A stretch of 64,000 nt of DNA from Raillietiella orientalis (GCA_036172245.1 JAYWIR010000032.1:1736001-1800000); one strand, 5' to 3'. Numbered from the stretch's first letter, positions 36,851 to 50,601 are shown. The notes: generated by a model not told the origin, from the sequence alone. Numbers and translations are program-made.

Positions 36851-37022
36851 ATTAGCGCCATCGCACCGGAATAGACCAACCAGCGTCATCTTGTGGGGGG
36901 AACTCGAAATGCACCCATTTCTCAGCATCGGTGCTTCCCCGTGCGGGATTCGAACCCGCAACGCTTCGCACATGTGCGGGGACCGCAGCCACGCGGCTGC
37001 CAACGTCGGCCAGCGGCTAGAA
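36850..37022 (-). mobile_element. tRNA-derived Pol III cassette, antisense to the LINE
   Basis: A-box-like tggcagccgcgtgg and a T-arm gcggg-ttcgaat-cccgc with a perfect 5-bp stem. Confidence 0.8.
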
Positions 37023-40000
37023 GTGCGTGGATCTGACCAGTGGCCAGAAAAACTCGGAACAATTCTTGTTAGCAAGTGTTTGCGTCCTAAGGAACTAGAT
37101 TCTCCGAAGCTACTTAATTTTTGAGTAAACTTTGCTTTCCTATACGCCAGCATATGTATACACATGCATGAGTGTATGCTATGTGTACATAACATTTCAT
37201 CCAATCAGTATGAGAACTCACACACCAATGTGAACATACGTTTTTCTGCCAGTACACTCACGAAATGTGTATCTATTTTACGTACACACTGGTATGCAAC
37301 AGGTATTGGCTGAGAACCATCTCACGCTCTCCTGCGTTCATAAACGTGGGTGCCTTTTTGTGGAAACGGTCATTTTGCATCTTGTGGGTGCCCAACTCGG
37401 CATTCTCACACGCTCGTGCCGCCACTACTCCGCTCGCGCGCATTTTTGGAAGACCAGTTGTTGAGATCAATGAAAGACTCGATCTGGAAAGAACACATAA
37501 GAGAGGTCTACACCGTGTCAGAGCCTACACGGCAAACAGACCTACACGGACACTGCTTCCGATTCGCTCCTTCGTGTTACGATTACGAACGGCGGCTGTC
37601 GGGACGCCGACCCGTTCTCCACGGCACCTTCAAATGGCCGAAGTGCCCGCTGCCTCTGAAGTTTGGAGCGCGAAAGAATTCCTGCAGGAAATGCCACCCT
37701 TCCAGGGTAACCTCACAAAGAAGAGAGGAGGAAGAGAAAGAAGGGAGGGGTGGAAGAGGAAAGGAGGAGAAGGAAGATCTCTGCATCATCTGGCTCGTGC
37801 GACTGGAGATCGGAACATACGAATACCGGGCAATTAAAAGCCACCGCGGATTCTCTACGTGCCCAAGGACGAGTTATAAATGCGAGCTTATTGAAAGAGG
37901 AAAGGGAGGGAGTTGTTGTGCTGTGAAAGGTTTTAGCACGTTTTGGAACTTGCATTCCCAAAAATCTCAAGGTACGTGAAGACAGCAGATTGCTCGGAGG
38001 AACATGCATCTCGAAAATTCTACGAAGGAAGGGCAGGGGAGAACGAGTGCACATTGAGTGAACGATCTCGTTCTAAAGAGTCCAAAGATCTCTGTCGGCC
38101 AAACACGTCATTATTTTTTAGCAATAATTCAGTTCTTCTTGCAAGAGCGAAGACAATTCACCCCCTCGAACTATTCCTTTCGTTCACATCAACTTAACTT
38201 TCGAGGATGCTCAACGTCAACAGGTGCTCCTAGACGGATAGCTAATCTGTGATAAGATGAAAGGAATGTACTTCATCCAATGTGTAAATTGTCAGGACAG
38301 CGACTTGCATTGGCGAGTGGGAGACGAAAGATTCGTTAGGACAGTCTGAGTAGAGAGTTCATTTGTCCTTAAATCATGCGGCAAGAACGGAATGGTCTGC
38401 CCCACTGCCATGAAGATGTACGCGCAGCATCTGAAAAACGAAGCAGGCATTCCGTCTCGCTCGTTCACTTCGAATGCGAAGCACAGAGCAATCCAGAAGA
38501 GCAGTCTGCCACGACAAAGAAACCGGGATGGCATTGCAAAAGTAAATAACGAATAATAGGTTCGATCCCCGTCGCAGAGAGCAGACAGCTTCCAGAGGAG
38601 CATCGGGACTGAAATACCGAGAAGATGCTGTGTTTTCTCTCATTCCATTGGCTAGGAAAACGACCATGAAAAATAAACATGCAGGCTTATTCCACATCAA
38701 TTAGTATACAAATTTATTTTCATATGCAAAGCTAATCCTATTTATTAACGTACATATTATTAGCAGTAATATTACTGCAACAGGTATATTTAATAAGATT
38801 CAGTGGCATACATTTTATTAATGTAATCAATGAGTTGATCTAGATCATAAGAAATATACACGCTTATTATGTATACTATGTATATGCATGTGAGCAAAGA
38901 TTAGCACGTGGGTTAATACTCATCATGAGGATTACGAAAAGGAAATATCTACTCCTCTCGTGTTTTGGCGTTCGATTTTGCGCGAGACCAAAGCACCTCC
39001 CCGCACACATAATATGTGATAATGGGTGAAGCCGAATCGCTGAAGCGAGGCAGTCCACAAGCATCTCTTTGCGTCAACTCTTTATGGAACATGACGCATG
39101 CTGTTTTCCTTTTTTTTCGGAGCATATGTGCTCCCAAGCTCGTCGCGAGAGCACTTGCGTGTGTGGCGAAGACGTGAATCACATAGAATTCAGAAACGCC
39201 CGCACTTGCAAATTCATTGCCCGGCCTCGTGGACGAGAGCATATGTGGATGAAATCTCGCCCCCCTCCCTCTCCACCAACCTTCTTGGCGAGTGCTGTGT
39301 TAAGCATCAAGGTGATGTCCCGAACCGAAAGATTCTTCTGCTGCCTCACGTCTTGAAAAATCAATCGTCACCCTGCAGGACCCTCACCTCCTCCCTTCCT
39401 CATCTTCCATTCCTCTTCCCTGTTTCTCCTTCTCCAGCTCCTCACTCTCATCCATCCCGGCTCAAGACAGAAAGATTTGCTCCACCTCCTATAAAGACCT
39501 CGGTGCTTGATATTCTTATTTTTTCTCGTGCTAAAGTTTCCTCCTTATCTCTGTTCTCCGACATTTCTCGTTCTTGCTTTCTTCCGTTTCTAAGCATTAA
39601 GTTTCCAAAAGTTTTAGGGAACCCATTCAGGAAAAACTACCCTATCAGTTCGATCACGATCCCAGTAACTCCTAAAGTCTTCCGCGAGTGATCAATCTTG
39701 CTGCTTCCGTTTTTATTGTTTTTCGTTTGGTGCCTGACAAGAAAAAAATTAGGGAGGACGGGCCGATGTTTCCCGGTGCTTGACCGTCCAACTCCATTTC
39801 ATGTCGAGACGTTACGAAATACTCGTCGGATGCTGAACTCTTCAGCACGCTACTGCTTGGACTACCACCCTCCTCAAACAAAGGACTCAGCCTTACCATC
39901 GGAAAGTCTCGTCAGCAATTAAATCGGAAGGCAACAGAGAAAGAATAGAAATTCTTTTTTTCAGCTCTCTCTGGGAAGTCAAGAGTGCAGTCTCCCGATG

Positions 40001-40499
40001 GACTGCGTCCTATGGAGTGAAGCAGGTTAGGCCAGGCAAGGAACGGACTTCCTAATCTCCGTGGCGCAGTAGTGGGGAGTTCACCCCCAGGTATGTCCTG
40101 GATGTCCTGTCCACAGTATGTACGTATCACGGTGGACTCTTCGCAGACGCACTAGTGAGGGGTGCTCTGGAGCATCCGCAAACGCACGCAGGTAGCGCTG
40201 CTGTCTCGGGAAGCACACGCGTGCTCCACGCGGACTACACTTTGATCTTGGCCAAAAGTCTGAGAAGCGACGTGCGGAGTGCTTTTTGCACGTTCCCAGT
40301 CCGTGATGGCATCTCGGGATGAACACGAACAGGGGTGATGCGTGAGTGGACAATCCTGTAACGGCACTGGGTAACTATGACCACCGGGAAGCCCTTCCGG
40401 CCGCATCACGGCTAGAGTGACTCCCTATGGGTTCCTCCCTCTCGCATGCGGTGGAGCAAGGAGTTCAGGTAGGGATGTCCATACGGGGTGCGGCCAAGT

Positions 40500-41950
40500 G
40501 GCAGCCGGGATGCCGCTGAGCAGGAGAGGCGGAGGCTGCAATCAAAGGAAATGGAGGATCGCCAACGGCGCAGCTGGTCGTCGAAAGAGTCCCGACGCAA
40601 GACAAAAATCTTCGAGAGAAAAGCTCCTGATGAGGAAGATAATCCTGGAGCATTCGATGATATTCCGAGATATCAGGGATACTTGATGTCAGAGCGTAGG
40701 GTTTGCCCCATTTATTCCCTAAGAAAATGGCTCTCTCTGAACTCCTCAGTCCGGCATGTGTCTCATTAAAACTACGTAACGGACCGTGATGATGATCATT
40801 CAGCACGGATGCTCACTGTCGGGAAAAGGACTCCATCAAGTACCCGGATGTCGAAGGAACACATTTTCCGCGTTATGGCTCAGAACCCGAGCTCGAAGTC
40901 GGTCCGCACTTTCCTCCTCCTCTTTACATCAATTCATCTGCTTTCCCCGCCCGCACCGTTCCTTCGTGTGGCGCTCCAGCCGACCGCTTGGCAACGTCCA
41001 GTTCTGTCCTGTTCCAGGGCGAATGAAGTACAGGTACGACATGACTGACGCTTCCGGATAATCTTTCTGTGGCTGCTGCATCCTAGGCACTTGCCTGACA
41101 TTTCCCTCTTCAGTGGCCAACAGCTTCTGCTGTCGCCGAGATGGATGTGGCAGTTGCGGTTTATCACCCCAGCGCCACTTCCAGCGGTCCATCAAGCGAA
41201 TCGTCCCCCTGCGTGAGCTGGGAAAGTTGACTCAATTGTCTCCCGGAGGATAACCCTATCTGTGGACCCAGAGCTGCGAATGGGAATTCTGTTTCGAGCC
41301 GGCTCGCGACGAAGAAAATCGGCTCCAGTCTGACCCCGATCAACCTCGAGAAAGAATACTGCTGAGCTCCCTAAAGAGCACCTGAGACAAGAAAAGTCCA
41401 CGACCCGTGTGGAGGGAGGGAAGACATCGTTCCTTGTTCAGAGGGAAATATTCCAGATTCTCCGGTCATGCACTTCTTCATGCGGCGCACCTCATTTGGA
41501 CTCCAGTATGTGAGCGGTGTCCACCAGAAACGCCACCGACCCCTCGTGTGGGAGATGCTGGTCGGGAGATGCGTCCCTTCAAGAAGAGGTCCCGGACTGC
41601 TGCCAGATCTGGTGCTCCGAAATGAACGGGAGACAACAGTGGCGGGTGCTGTCTGCTCCCACAGAACGCGTGACCCTTTCGGTTTCTTGCTTGGACGTGA
41701 AGCGGCAGCCTCCGCGCGCCACTGCCGACCCCAGAGCCGGCAACGAATCGCCACGTGATGGACGGTCCGCAAAGGAGGCTTCGTGGTTAAGGCTTCCGCG
41801 GCAGAATACTGCGGCAGAAACTGACGCCACTGAGTCGTTGGGTTCCGAGGTGCTCCTGCAATGGCGCTGATTGGCCAAGACATTCGGGCGAAGGACCGGC
41901 GGTGGTTTAAGCCGAGAGGCCCATGAAGAAGGCCAGAACTCCAGAATTAT
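40500..41950 (+). mobile_element. Degenerate LINE RT region (domains 3-7 and GGLG region)
   Basis: PGAFDDI (compare KAFD), IIQHGCSLSG (compare QGCPLS), KYRYDMT (compare YADD.T) and CVPSRRGPGLLPDL, in order. Confidence 0.6.
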
Positions 41951-43017
41951 GCAAGGGATCCCTCTGCGGGAAGCTGCAGCGCCCCTTCTGAATTTCGGAA
42001 GCGTCTCTTCGGGGTTCTCTTCAGAGGAGTGAACAGAATCGGTTCCCTTGAGGGTTTTCCTCCGGAGTAGATGACATGGAGAAGACCATCCCCCTTCCGG
42101 GATGCTCCCTCCGGAGAGAATGAAGGAGGAGATTTCCTTCTGGGTTTCCCTTCGGAGACAACCAGGGTGGGAGGTGCGGTCCCCCCTCGCCAAACGTGAG
42201 AGGAGTGCACTCCGAGCCTTTCTGGATTCATAGGGCGGACCTCCTTCCTCCTCATGCCTTCCCTATCTTGAAGAATAACATGCACCCTCCGCGGGTGGCG
42301 TGGAAACGTGTTAAAGAGCCACGTGCGCCACGAGGCACGCGACTGGCTCTTCAGGTACTTAGCGTACCAAATAAAAAAGAAAATCTGAAAAAGATGCTGG
42401 GAGGGAACACAGACCCAAAAGAGCCGGCAAAGGAGAAGGGCGTGAAGGAAGGGACGGAAGCGGTGGAGGATCGACCTGTTCCCCTTGCAGCGCCGCCGCA
42501 AGGCTGCTGGGAGGCTCATTGACGGGCACTGTCACCTCTCGGGAGAAGAAGTTCGTCTTAGGGGAATGCGAAATGGAACCGAGGATGAGAGAGAGGAAGA
42601 GGAGAGGGAGAAACAGAGAAGGAATGGAGGGGGAGGAAGGCTGGAAGAGGAAGGAGGGAGGAGAAAAAAGGGAGGGAGAGGGAGGGAGGAGATGGAGGAA
42701 GGTTGGAGGAAGATAGCAAGAGGGCTGCAAAGAGGAGGAAGGGAGGAGGCGAGAAGGAGGAAGGGAAGAAAAGGAGGAAAGTTGAAGAAGGAGAAGGGGG
42801 ATGATGAAAAAGGGAAGAAGAGAAAGGGTAAAAGAGGAATGGGAGAGGAAGAAGGTTGAAGGAGAAAGGGATCAGGAGGATGACGAAGAGAAGGATGGGA
42901 GGTAGAGGAAAGGAGGAAGACAAAAGAGGAAGAGGATGAAAGTGGTAGGAAGAGGAAGGGAAGAGGGAGATTGGAGGAAAAAGGAAGGAAGTGACGATGA
43001 GGGCCCTTCAGGGTGGC
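41246..43017 (+). repeat. Left arm of a 1772-bp near-perfect inverted duplication
   Basis: Mirror of 52653-54424: paired ORF coordinates all sum to 95670, and I saw only about 3 substitutions. Confidence 0.95.
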
Positions 43018-43019
43018 TC

Positions 43020-43220
43020 TGTCCTGAGAGCTGACAGCAGACGGACAGCTCGAGCTCCAAACCCGCACCGGAGCCAAATGGAGACGCTCCTGCGACGTTG
43101 GGGATCTCACTCGCAGATTGGCGTCACTCACGCTTAGCCGCACCCATTTCCCGTGAGGGATTCGAACCCACAACGCTTAGTGGTACGCGCTGAGATCGCA
43201 GCCATCTGGCCGCCAACGAG
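43020..43220 (-). mobile_element. tRNA-derived Pol III cassette, not attached to a LINE tail
   Basis: A-box-like tggcggccagatgg; B-box gggttcgaatccc at 43157-43169. Confidence 0.75.
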
Positions 43221-44639
43221 ATGAGTTCTCTGGCACTGGGTCCCTTTCTACCGCATCGGATGCTGGATAATACTAAGAATGCGATTAGGAAGGGTTTAGA
43301 TTGCGGCAGTCTGAGGTAACGACACCTCGCTGTAGACAGAACTGGAGTCAATGAGCAAGCAGAAAAGCATTCTGACGAGGCCCAGAATCCAGGAAGGGAC
43401 GGAAGGGAAAACGGAGATGTGGGAATGCGACCCGAGTATCCAGACGCTCCGGAGTTCTGCTGCTGCTGCAGCCACGCAAAGGAGTCGCAAACAGGATCCT
43501 TCCTTGTGGTTGCCGTGGTCGAGTAGGCACCACGGGTCGAGTCGCATTTTGGGTCATTCTTGTCTTCTTGCTGGCTGTCATGATGCCTCTGAGGCGAGCA
43601 TCAAGAAGGTGGAGGTCAGAAGGTACTTGACTCCATTGTCAAGTAACCAGCCACCCTCCAAGGTGAGCTTTTCATCTGGGCTTGATCGAGTACTCCAAAA
43701 AGAGAAACCAGGTCGTCTATCCTGGACATCTTCCTTCCCTTTAAAAGCATGGAAAGAAGAGGAACCAAATACCAGAAGGATGCTGAAGGAAGAGCAGGTG
43801 GCTCCCCGGCCAACAACAGATCATCCCCCCCCCGTCTTCAGGCTCCCGGAGGGAATGCTCGGGCGGCGTCTGCTCGCTCCTAAGTGGCATCATCCGTGTT
43901 CTACAAAACCACAGCCTCTTGCAGTGAGCGATTGGCTTCCGCGTTGCTGACGCTCTTTGAGGAGGGGGGAAGGGGGGGATGACGAAGGGATCGTCCCCGC
44001 AGATGATGCCGCAGTGGGAATTCCGATCGCGGGAGAATGAGACCGCGAGGGAAGTAATCCAGAGTGGTCCTGCCCACTCTCACGTGAAAGATTCGAACCG
44101 GAGATCTCATTGTGATGAGCGAAAAAAAAATTTCACGAGGGAATTGCAATGTATTAGTGATCTCCTTATGAAAGGTCGATTCGCGGAAGATGGATGGTGA
44201 AGAGGCTGAGGGTACGGATATCAGCCAGATGAGCCCCATGGGACGAGAGGAGGAACGCACTTCCATATCCCGGAAAAAGTTATCCCGGAGTATAGGGGAG
44301 AGGGAGACACGGCTGCTGCTGCTGCAAGTCTCCGCGGAGGCCTCTCCTACGGCTGCTGCAGCCGCGTCGATTTCGTCACGGCGAGCGTCGTGGGCAACGG
44401 CTGCAGAGGTGGAGATCTCTCAGGAGCGCTGCGAGGTTGCCGAAATGCAGAGGATGCAGATCGCACGGGCATTTTCCCGGAGCGGTTCCCGTTTTCAAAG
44501 TCGATTCCCGACCCGCGGGATGGAGAGAAGGGTCTTGAGGACGTGTCTGGCACGTTCATTTTCGGCTTTGCCCCTGTTCCGCGCGACCGCCGTCTTCGAT
44601 CCTCAGCGACAGGGATTGAACTGGTAGACCGGGACCTAC

Positions 44640-46560
44640 CGACCGGGAGACAGCTCTTTGAGAGACCAAGGTTCCGGCGAAGTGCCGCCAGCGCAGGGAC
44701 ATCACTGACTGTGGGGCGACTTTTCGTTTCAGGGATTCAGGTGGAGCAAAAAGATACGCAGGGGTTTTAACCCGGTCACGCCGGGACGCCTGTCTTAAAG
44801 AATACGAAACGAACCATAAGATTGAGGAGAAATGAATCCCACAAAGTAACAAGGAAAGTCCCCCAAAAAGAAAACAAACTTCATAAGGGATACTCTTTGA
44901 TTTCGGGATGTAGCCATTTTGCCGCCTCTCCACGCTGTGGATGGGGTTATCATTCGGTTGCGCCGAGGTGTTTCCTTTCAAAGAAAAAAGGGACCATGTG
45001 AGAGTAGAAGAGACTGAGCCTATACCAAGTTCGACAATCCATTGGAGGGCTCCGAGGAGGTCCCAAACCTCACCAAGGGCTTCGTGTACAAGAAGAGAAG
45101 TGAAAGAAAAGAGAAAAAGAAAACGACCTGGAAAGGTGGGGGTCATATCCCGCGATGTGTGATCCTCTGCATCCTTCGTAGAGGCAAGCCGGCGAACTCC
45201 TCTTGGCACCCTGGCAACTGGTGCCATATCGCCGCGATCAGCGGGAACCGGAAAGCAAAGAGGATGTCGTGACGTCCTCCCTCGGCTTCGTTCCCGGAGG
45301 CGAAGGCCCCTCGCAGGCAGCGTGGCTGCGTTGCGATGGCGGCAGCTGGCGACCACACACGAAGATGTTTGTCGGGCTGTCCGCTAGGGAAGGGGAGGAT
45401 GCGGAGGAACCTTCTCATGATTCCCAGAGGGCAACGCAATGTACCGGCAGTTGCGGCAGGATGGTCTCTTTCTTCCAGCACCTGGCGCAGTTGGCACTGG
45501 CTCTCCCCCTCGTCTGGTGGTGGGAGGCTCTCTTTGCAAGAGAGCACCCTAATGCAACATCAGCAGCGCCGACTGCTGCTGCAACCTGAGGGTGAGGGCG
45601 CGCATTCTTAGTAAACACCAGAGGTATCTCCAGCTCTTTCCGTGGAACGCAGAAGAGTTCACCCCAGCGAACAAGTCCTTTTGTTGCAGTTTCAGCTAGC
45701 TGACGCGTTATCCAGTCTCCCCGAGGGCTTCCTTCCGCCCGAGATCTCGCAGGAAACCTTCCACTTGGCCAGTAGGCAGATGCCGTGAATCTCGAGAGTG
45801 GACGCCACCACTGTGACCAAGGGGGTGACTGACGAACCAGTGAGCTTACTGACCATCGCCTTCACGGTTCTTCCAGAACTGAATAGGTAAAGGGACTGGC
45901 CGATCCCTAGTGCTTCCATCTCTCCATCGCATGACCATTCGCAGCTGCTTCTCGGATGGTGCAGTACAGCATCGATACGGGTCCAAGATCGAGAGTTCCT
46001 GCGGCATAAGCAGCCGTGGCGGAAGCAGACACCAGGGGGGGGGGGGGGAAATGTCTCCAGGAGCCGCTCGCTGCCTCAACTGTGCTCTGCCTCATCTCAC
46101 TGTCCAACCATCCTGGCACAGTTTTGGGAACGCATGTCCTCTAGTCCAATGGTGCCAGAGTTGGATGCGCAAGAAATCCCAGAACAAGAAGCACGGAAAC
46201 TGCACAGGATGCTGCTGCGAGTCACCAGCACATCCAGGAAAATACCGAGATTGTCCGTCCACCAGAGAAGTCCTTGGGAGCGAGCACATGTATGTCGTGG
46301 AGTCCGGAAGTGTCCAAGCCGATCATCCACTTGTCCGTTGGCTGACTCCTATGCGGCAGACAGCCTTCTGGTGGGCTTAGCCAGTTGGGCCCGTAGGGAG
46401 AAGAGAGCCGAGACTAGGGACCTGGAGGTGTCTCATGCCCACTCTTGGGGTTCGTCGTATCTCCAGCAGCTTTGTCCTTGTAGCCAAGGGCCAGGTTTGC
46501 AAGCCACGTTCAACAGTAAGGGTGTCTACCAAGAGAGCACCTCCTCCCAACCTAGGTCAT
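44640..46560 (-). mobile_element. Degenerate LINE 3' half (copy K)
   Basis: KWKVSCEISGGRK and ANCARCWKKETILPQLPVHCVALW; terminal hairpin motif (cgtcccggcgtgaccgggtt) at ~44769-44788. Confidence 0.75.
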
Positions 46561-46781
46561 AGTTTGGCACTAGGTGAACCTAACCAAGCCTAATCTGAAG
46601 CAGACCTAAAGGATTAGAGGAAGGAGCACGAACAGCTCCTCTTCCATAACTCCTGCGCCATCCGCCATTTCCTGTGCATAGCCAACCACAGATCGTTCAG
46701 GAACTGTCTCAGGCGAGACTGGAGAGACAAGCCTGAACTATCCATGTGCTCCTGAATCTCCTGAAAGAATCCTTATCGGCT

Positions 46782-47358
46782 ATTAGAAAGGCTTCCGATC
46801 CGATCCGGTAGATGCCCCAGGCTGTTGGATCCTGAAAGATCGTCCCGATGTCGATGCCACTCAGAGGGAGATTCAGCGGACCGTCCGAGGGAGATGGAAG
46901 CTGATCTCCCGGGAAACCAGCCCGTTCCCTCCAAGGACGTCTCCGGATAGGTAATTAGGACGGATGGACGAGCAATGCCCGTTAGGGAATCCAGCGGCGG
47001 CGTTGCGGGAAGAGTTCGTGAAGAGATGATGGCAAGAAGGCCGACAACTTGGTGTTTCGCCTATCAGTCCAGGCGTCAGCTAAAGCCTTGGTTACTGGGT
47101 ATGCCCGCGATCTCCTCAACGAAGACATCTCGAGGGAGCTGAAAGCGCTCCTGCTGCAACGTTGCTAAGATGAAGCGCTAGATGGTGCTACCTACCATTC
47201 GGCACAGCAGGGACGTTTATTGGACAACCTCCTTGTGCGTCCTGCGTCCTTCAACGAGAAAAAGGGTCAAGTTCCGAAGCCCCTCGAAGAGATGTGATGG
47301 AGGAGAAGCAGCTGATCGATCCGCGAGGTTCCACGAGGAAAGGACCTCCGCCTAGTCA
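46782..47358 (+). repeat. Left arm of a 577-bp inverted duplication
   Basis: Mirror of 50025-50601 (coordinates sum to 97383); mismatches seen only near the outer end. Confidence 0.95.
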
Positions 47359-48450
47359 ATTTGTCCTGGAAAACGATGTTCGCCTGGTCACCCATTTCAT
47401 TTCATCGTGATGATGAACCGCTCCTATTGGATGACGGCCTATGACAACACTGGGAAGATAGAGATTGAAATTTTAAGAAGATTTGGCGGAGCTGCAGCCT
47501 TACTATGGCTTCATATTAGGACAGTAGGAGAACTACAGCTTGAAGGCAAAGCTCACGTTTTTCCGGAAGCAGGGTATCAGGCGCACCAAGCTGTGGCAGG
47601 AAACTATTTGGACATTCTTTATTTGATGACTGAAGAGAAAGTTCATATTCTTTTCCAATCTGAAAGGATTGAGGGAAATAGACTGTTATGGTGATGAGAT
47701 GATGGGAAGCTTCGCATCTGGTTTCTTGTGCGTCGAAGTTCCCCTGTCCGAATGCTGCTCGACTTCAATTCTCCTCTTTATTCTTCGGATGCCAAAAGAC
47801 TTCTCTGAGAGATCCAGCACAGCGTCGGCTTCAAGAGCCCCTGAAAAGCTCTTCGTATGAATTATGGAAGCGCTGATTGCTTGAACATTCGATTTTAGCT
47901 CACTGCACGGTCCCCACGCTGAGGTTTCCTTCGTGCCGGAAATTCTTGGCTCTCCTCCAAATCGGAGACTAACAAAGAACTAAAGTAGAAGGAAAACTTC
48001 CCTGTATCTGTGAGGAGGAGATCATATCGAAGGAATCTGGAACCTTCAATTTTTTTTTGATAGCAAATGCAACAGCTGACCAAACGTCTTGGAAGCGGAA
48101 TCACTAAAGCACTCGATGTTGACAGCGAGCGAGGCCAGGGCAAGAGGCTGGTGTGTATGCTGAGCATGAGGTCATCGGAAGAACGATCTGCGAGCATCGA
48201 AGTTCAAGGAGCACATATCAGCAAAAATCTGAGTGTCGACTGCAGCGTGAGGGTAGAAGAGGGAGTCTTGGATTCCATACCGCCTTTGCGATGATGCAGC
48301 TCACGAAAAAAATGCGATCACGCATTCCGAAACCCAAGGGATGGAAATTCTTTCCTCAGCCGAACATTTTATGGCATTCGATCGCGAGTTTCTGTTTGCA
48401 TCTTTTCCCAATTCCCAGGACGTCTTTCCGTCCTAATAAAAGCGGGAACA
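47200..48450 (+). mobile_element. Heavily decayed mariner/Tc1-like transposase
   Basis: Ordered, frameshifted matches to mariner motifs: YLMTEEK (WVPHELT region), CYGDE (IVTGDE), LCDDAAH (DNARPH), and KGWKFFPQP..CLHLFP (GWEVLPHPPYSPDLAPSDYHLF). Confidence 0.55.
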
Positions 48451-49479
48451 GGAAAACCTGGAGTTCGCGAGAACCTAAGGGAATGCGGTTGTTTGAATAA
48501 AGAGGGCGGGTGCTTTTCACGACGTGGCGATGAAGCGCTCGAAGCGACTTCGATGGCCGTGGTCAGATGGGACACCTGGATCGAACAGAATCGCACATTC
48601 TTCCCGTAAACAGAGAAAAAGGCACGTTTGCCTGCGGAAGATCTTCACGGGGGAACAATGGAATGTTCCTTGAATTTTATCGAGAGGCAAACAAGAGATG
48701 ATCCGAGAGCCGCTTTTCCCACGCCCAGAGGACCAAGGTTGCAGAATCGCAAGAGATGCGATTTCACAGCGATTTTTACAGCCCATAAGGCACTTCGGAG
48801 GGGGAGACCATTTTGCAGGGAAGAGTCCAATTAAAGGCCCATGGATACCGTAAACAGTGGGGAATTTACTAGTCGGCTCATGACTGGAATCAGTTCCGCG
48901 AGCTCTCGGGCTAGTCGGGAGGCCCAAGAAATTTTGGTTTCCTACTGGTCGGCTCGGAGTTATTGATCAGAGCACTCAGCAGAAGAACTTAATTTTCGAG
49001 TGGCGAGAGGACGAAGCAGAGGTAGGAGCGCGCTGATTAAGATATGTTGACTTCATGGCGAACGCGGTGCGTGATTCGTTTAGTGAGCGAGGATGAAGCT
49101 CCAGGGACGGAGCATTAAGAAGTCTGTGAATCTACAGAGCACAATAACTTTTCATTTTATTTATTTTTTCTGCCCTCCTCGCTCGATCTTGATGCGGATG
49201 CTGACCTCTCTCATTGCTTTCCTGCCCATGACTAGCATGAGAAAGGGAGAATCACATTCTCTTCGTATCTCGAGAGATGTCATTATGCAAATGCCGTGAG
49301 GAAAGCACGGGATTTTCATCGAGGCGAGGATCGAGAGGAGGTGCAAGTTCCAGCTGCGTCGGATACGTGAAAACGCGGCGAGGGAAGACGGGAAGGCCAG
49401 GAGCGGGAAGAACTTGTCTCTCCCGCTCCTGGCCTACGAGAAGCGTGACCCGAGCGGCTCACCTAGGGGGAGCGAGGAG

Positions 49480-50180
49480 CCCAAGAGGTGTTGCCGGAGG
49501 TCCGAGTTGATGAGGGAAAAGTGAACCCGCAATGGCAAAGAAGCTCAAGGTCACTATGAGAGCTTTGCAACGGAAGTTTACACCGCGGAAAACGAATTTT
49601 CTGTGCGGTTTCCTGAAGTGACTTTTCGCGAGATGATTTCGCCTCCGGAACAGCGCTCGCCTAAAAGGAAAGGCTGCTGCGTGCTGCTCTGGAGGTTGCA
49701 CTCTCGTCGCTGAAGATTACAAGAGCCACGCTTTTTGCTGGCGTTTGGGTCCCGGAACCAGGAACCAATTGGTTTTTTAATGGTGGGAGGCTCGTGCGCT
49801 AGTGGAAAATGAGTTCCCATCAAAGAGGACTGACTTCACGTTTGAGCATTCTGTGCAACCCCTTGATGCGAGGGATCGCTTTTGCCTGAGAGAATACCCG
49901 CATATTTTCAGAATAAATTGGTTTCCTTTGTTCCCTGACAACTCTTTCTAAATCTTCTCTATCTTTCCAGAGTTGTCGTCTGCCATCACCCAAGAAGTCC
50001 ATCATGACGATGGCACGGAATGGGTGACTAGGCGGAGGTCCTTTCCTCGTGGAACCTCGCGGATCGATCAGCTGCTTCTCCTCCATCACATCTCTTCGAG
50101 GGGCTTCGGAACTTGACCCTTTTTCTCGTTGAAGGACGCAGGACGCACAAGGAGGTTGTCCAATAAACGTCCCTGCTGTG
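49480..50180 (-). mobile_element. Second decayed mariner/Tc1-like transposase, an inverted paralog
   Basis: HTH-like GRRQLWKDREDLERVVREQ..LHRMLKR, then LVIFSDES (first catalytic D motif). DNA similarity to 47380-47470. Confidence 0.55.
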
Positions 50181-50601
50181 CCGAATGGTAGGTAGCACCA
50201 TCTAGCGCTTCATCTTAGCAACGTTGCAGCAGGAGCGCTTTCAGCTCCCTCGAGATGTCTTCGTTGAGGAGATCGCGGGCATACCCAGTAACCAAGGCTT
50301 TAGCTGACGCCTGGACTGATAGGCGAAACACCAAGTTGTCGGCCTTCTTGCCATCATCTCTTCACGAACTCTTCCCGCAACGCCGCCGCTGGATTCCCTA
50401 ACGGGCATTGCTCGTCCATCCGTCCTAATTACCTATCCGGAGACGTCCTTGGAGGGAACGGGCTGGTTTCCCGGGAGATCAGCTTCCATCTCCCTCGGAC
50501 GGTCCGCTGAATCTCCCTCTGAGTGGCATCGACATCGGGACGATCTTTCAGGATCCAACAGCCTGGGGCATCTACCGGACCGGCTCGGAAACCTTTCTAA
50601 T
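50025..50601 (-). repeat. Right arm of the 577-bp inverted duplication
   Basis: Reverse complement of 46782-47358. Confidence 0.95.

Noticed and set aside
36940..37010. Functional tRNA genes at 16165-16240, 36940-37010 and 43150-43220
   Set aside because: B-box and T-arm are present, but there is no canonical acceptor or anticodon stem and the copies are diverged. Treated as tRNA-derived.
38382..38411. Helitron Rep-like motif QERNGLPHCH
   Set aside because: Imperfect spacing relative to EFQKRGLPHxH, no other Rep or helicase motifs, and short frames.
40627..40633. Hammerhead core CTGATGA (also at 27655 and 52272)
   Set aside because: No correctly placed stem II plus GAAA with flanking helices was seen.
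49820..50089. L1 ORF1-like reading of this ORF
   Set aside because: The downstream VIFSDES and the paralog's GDE/DNA/HLF-like motifs fit a mariner/Tc1 transposase better.
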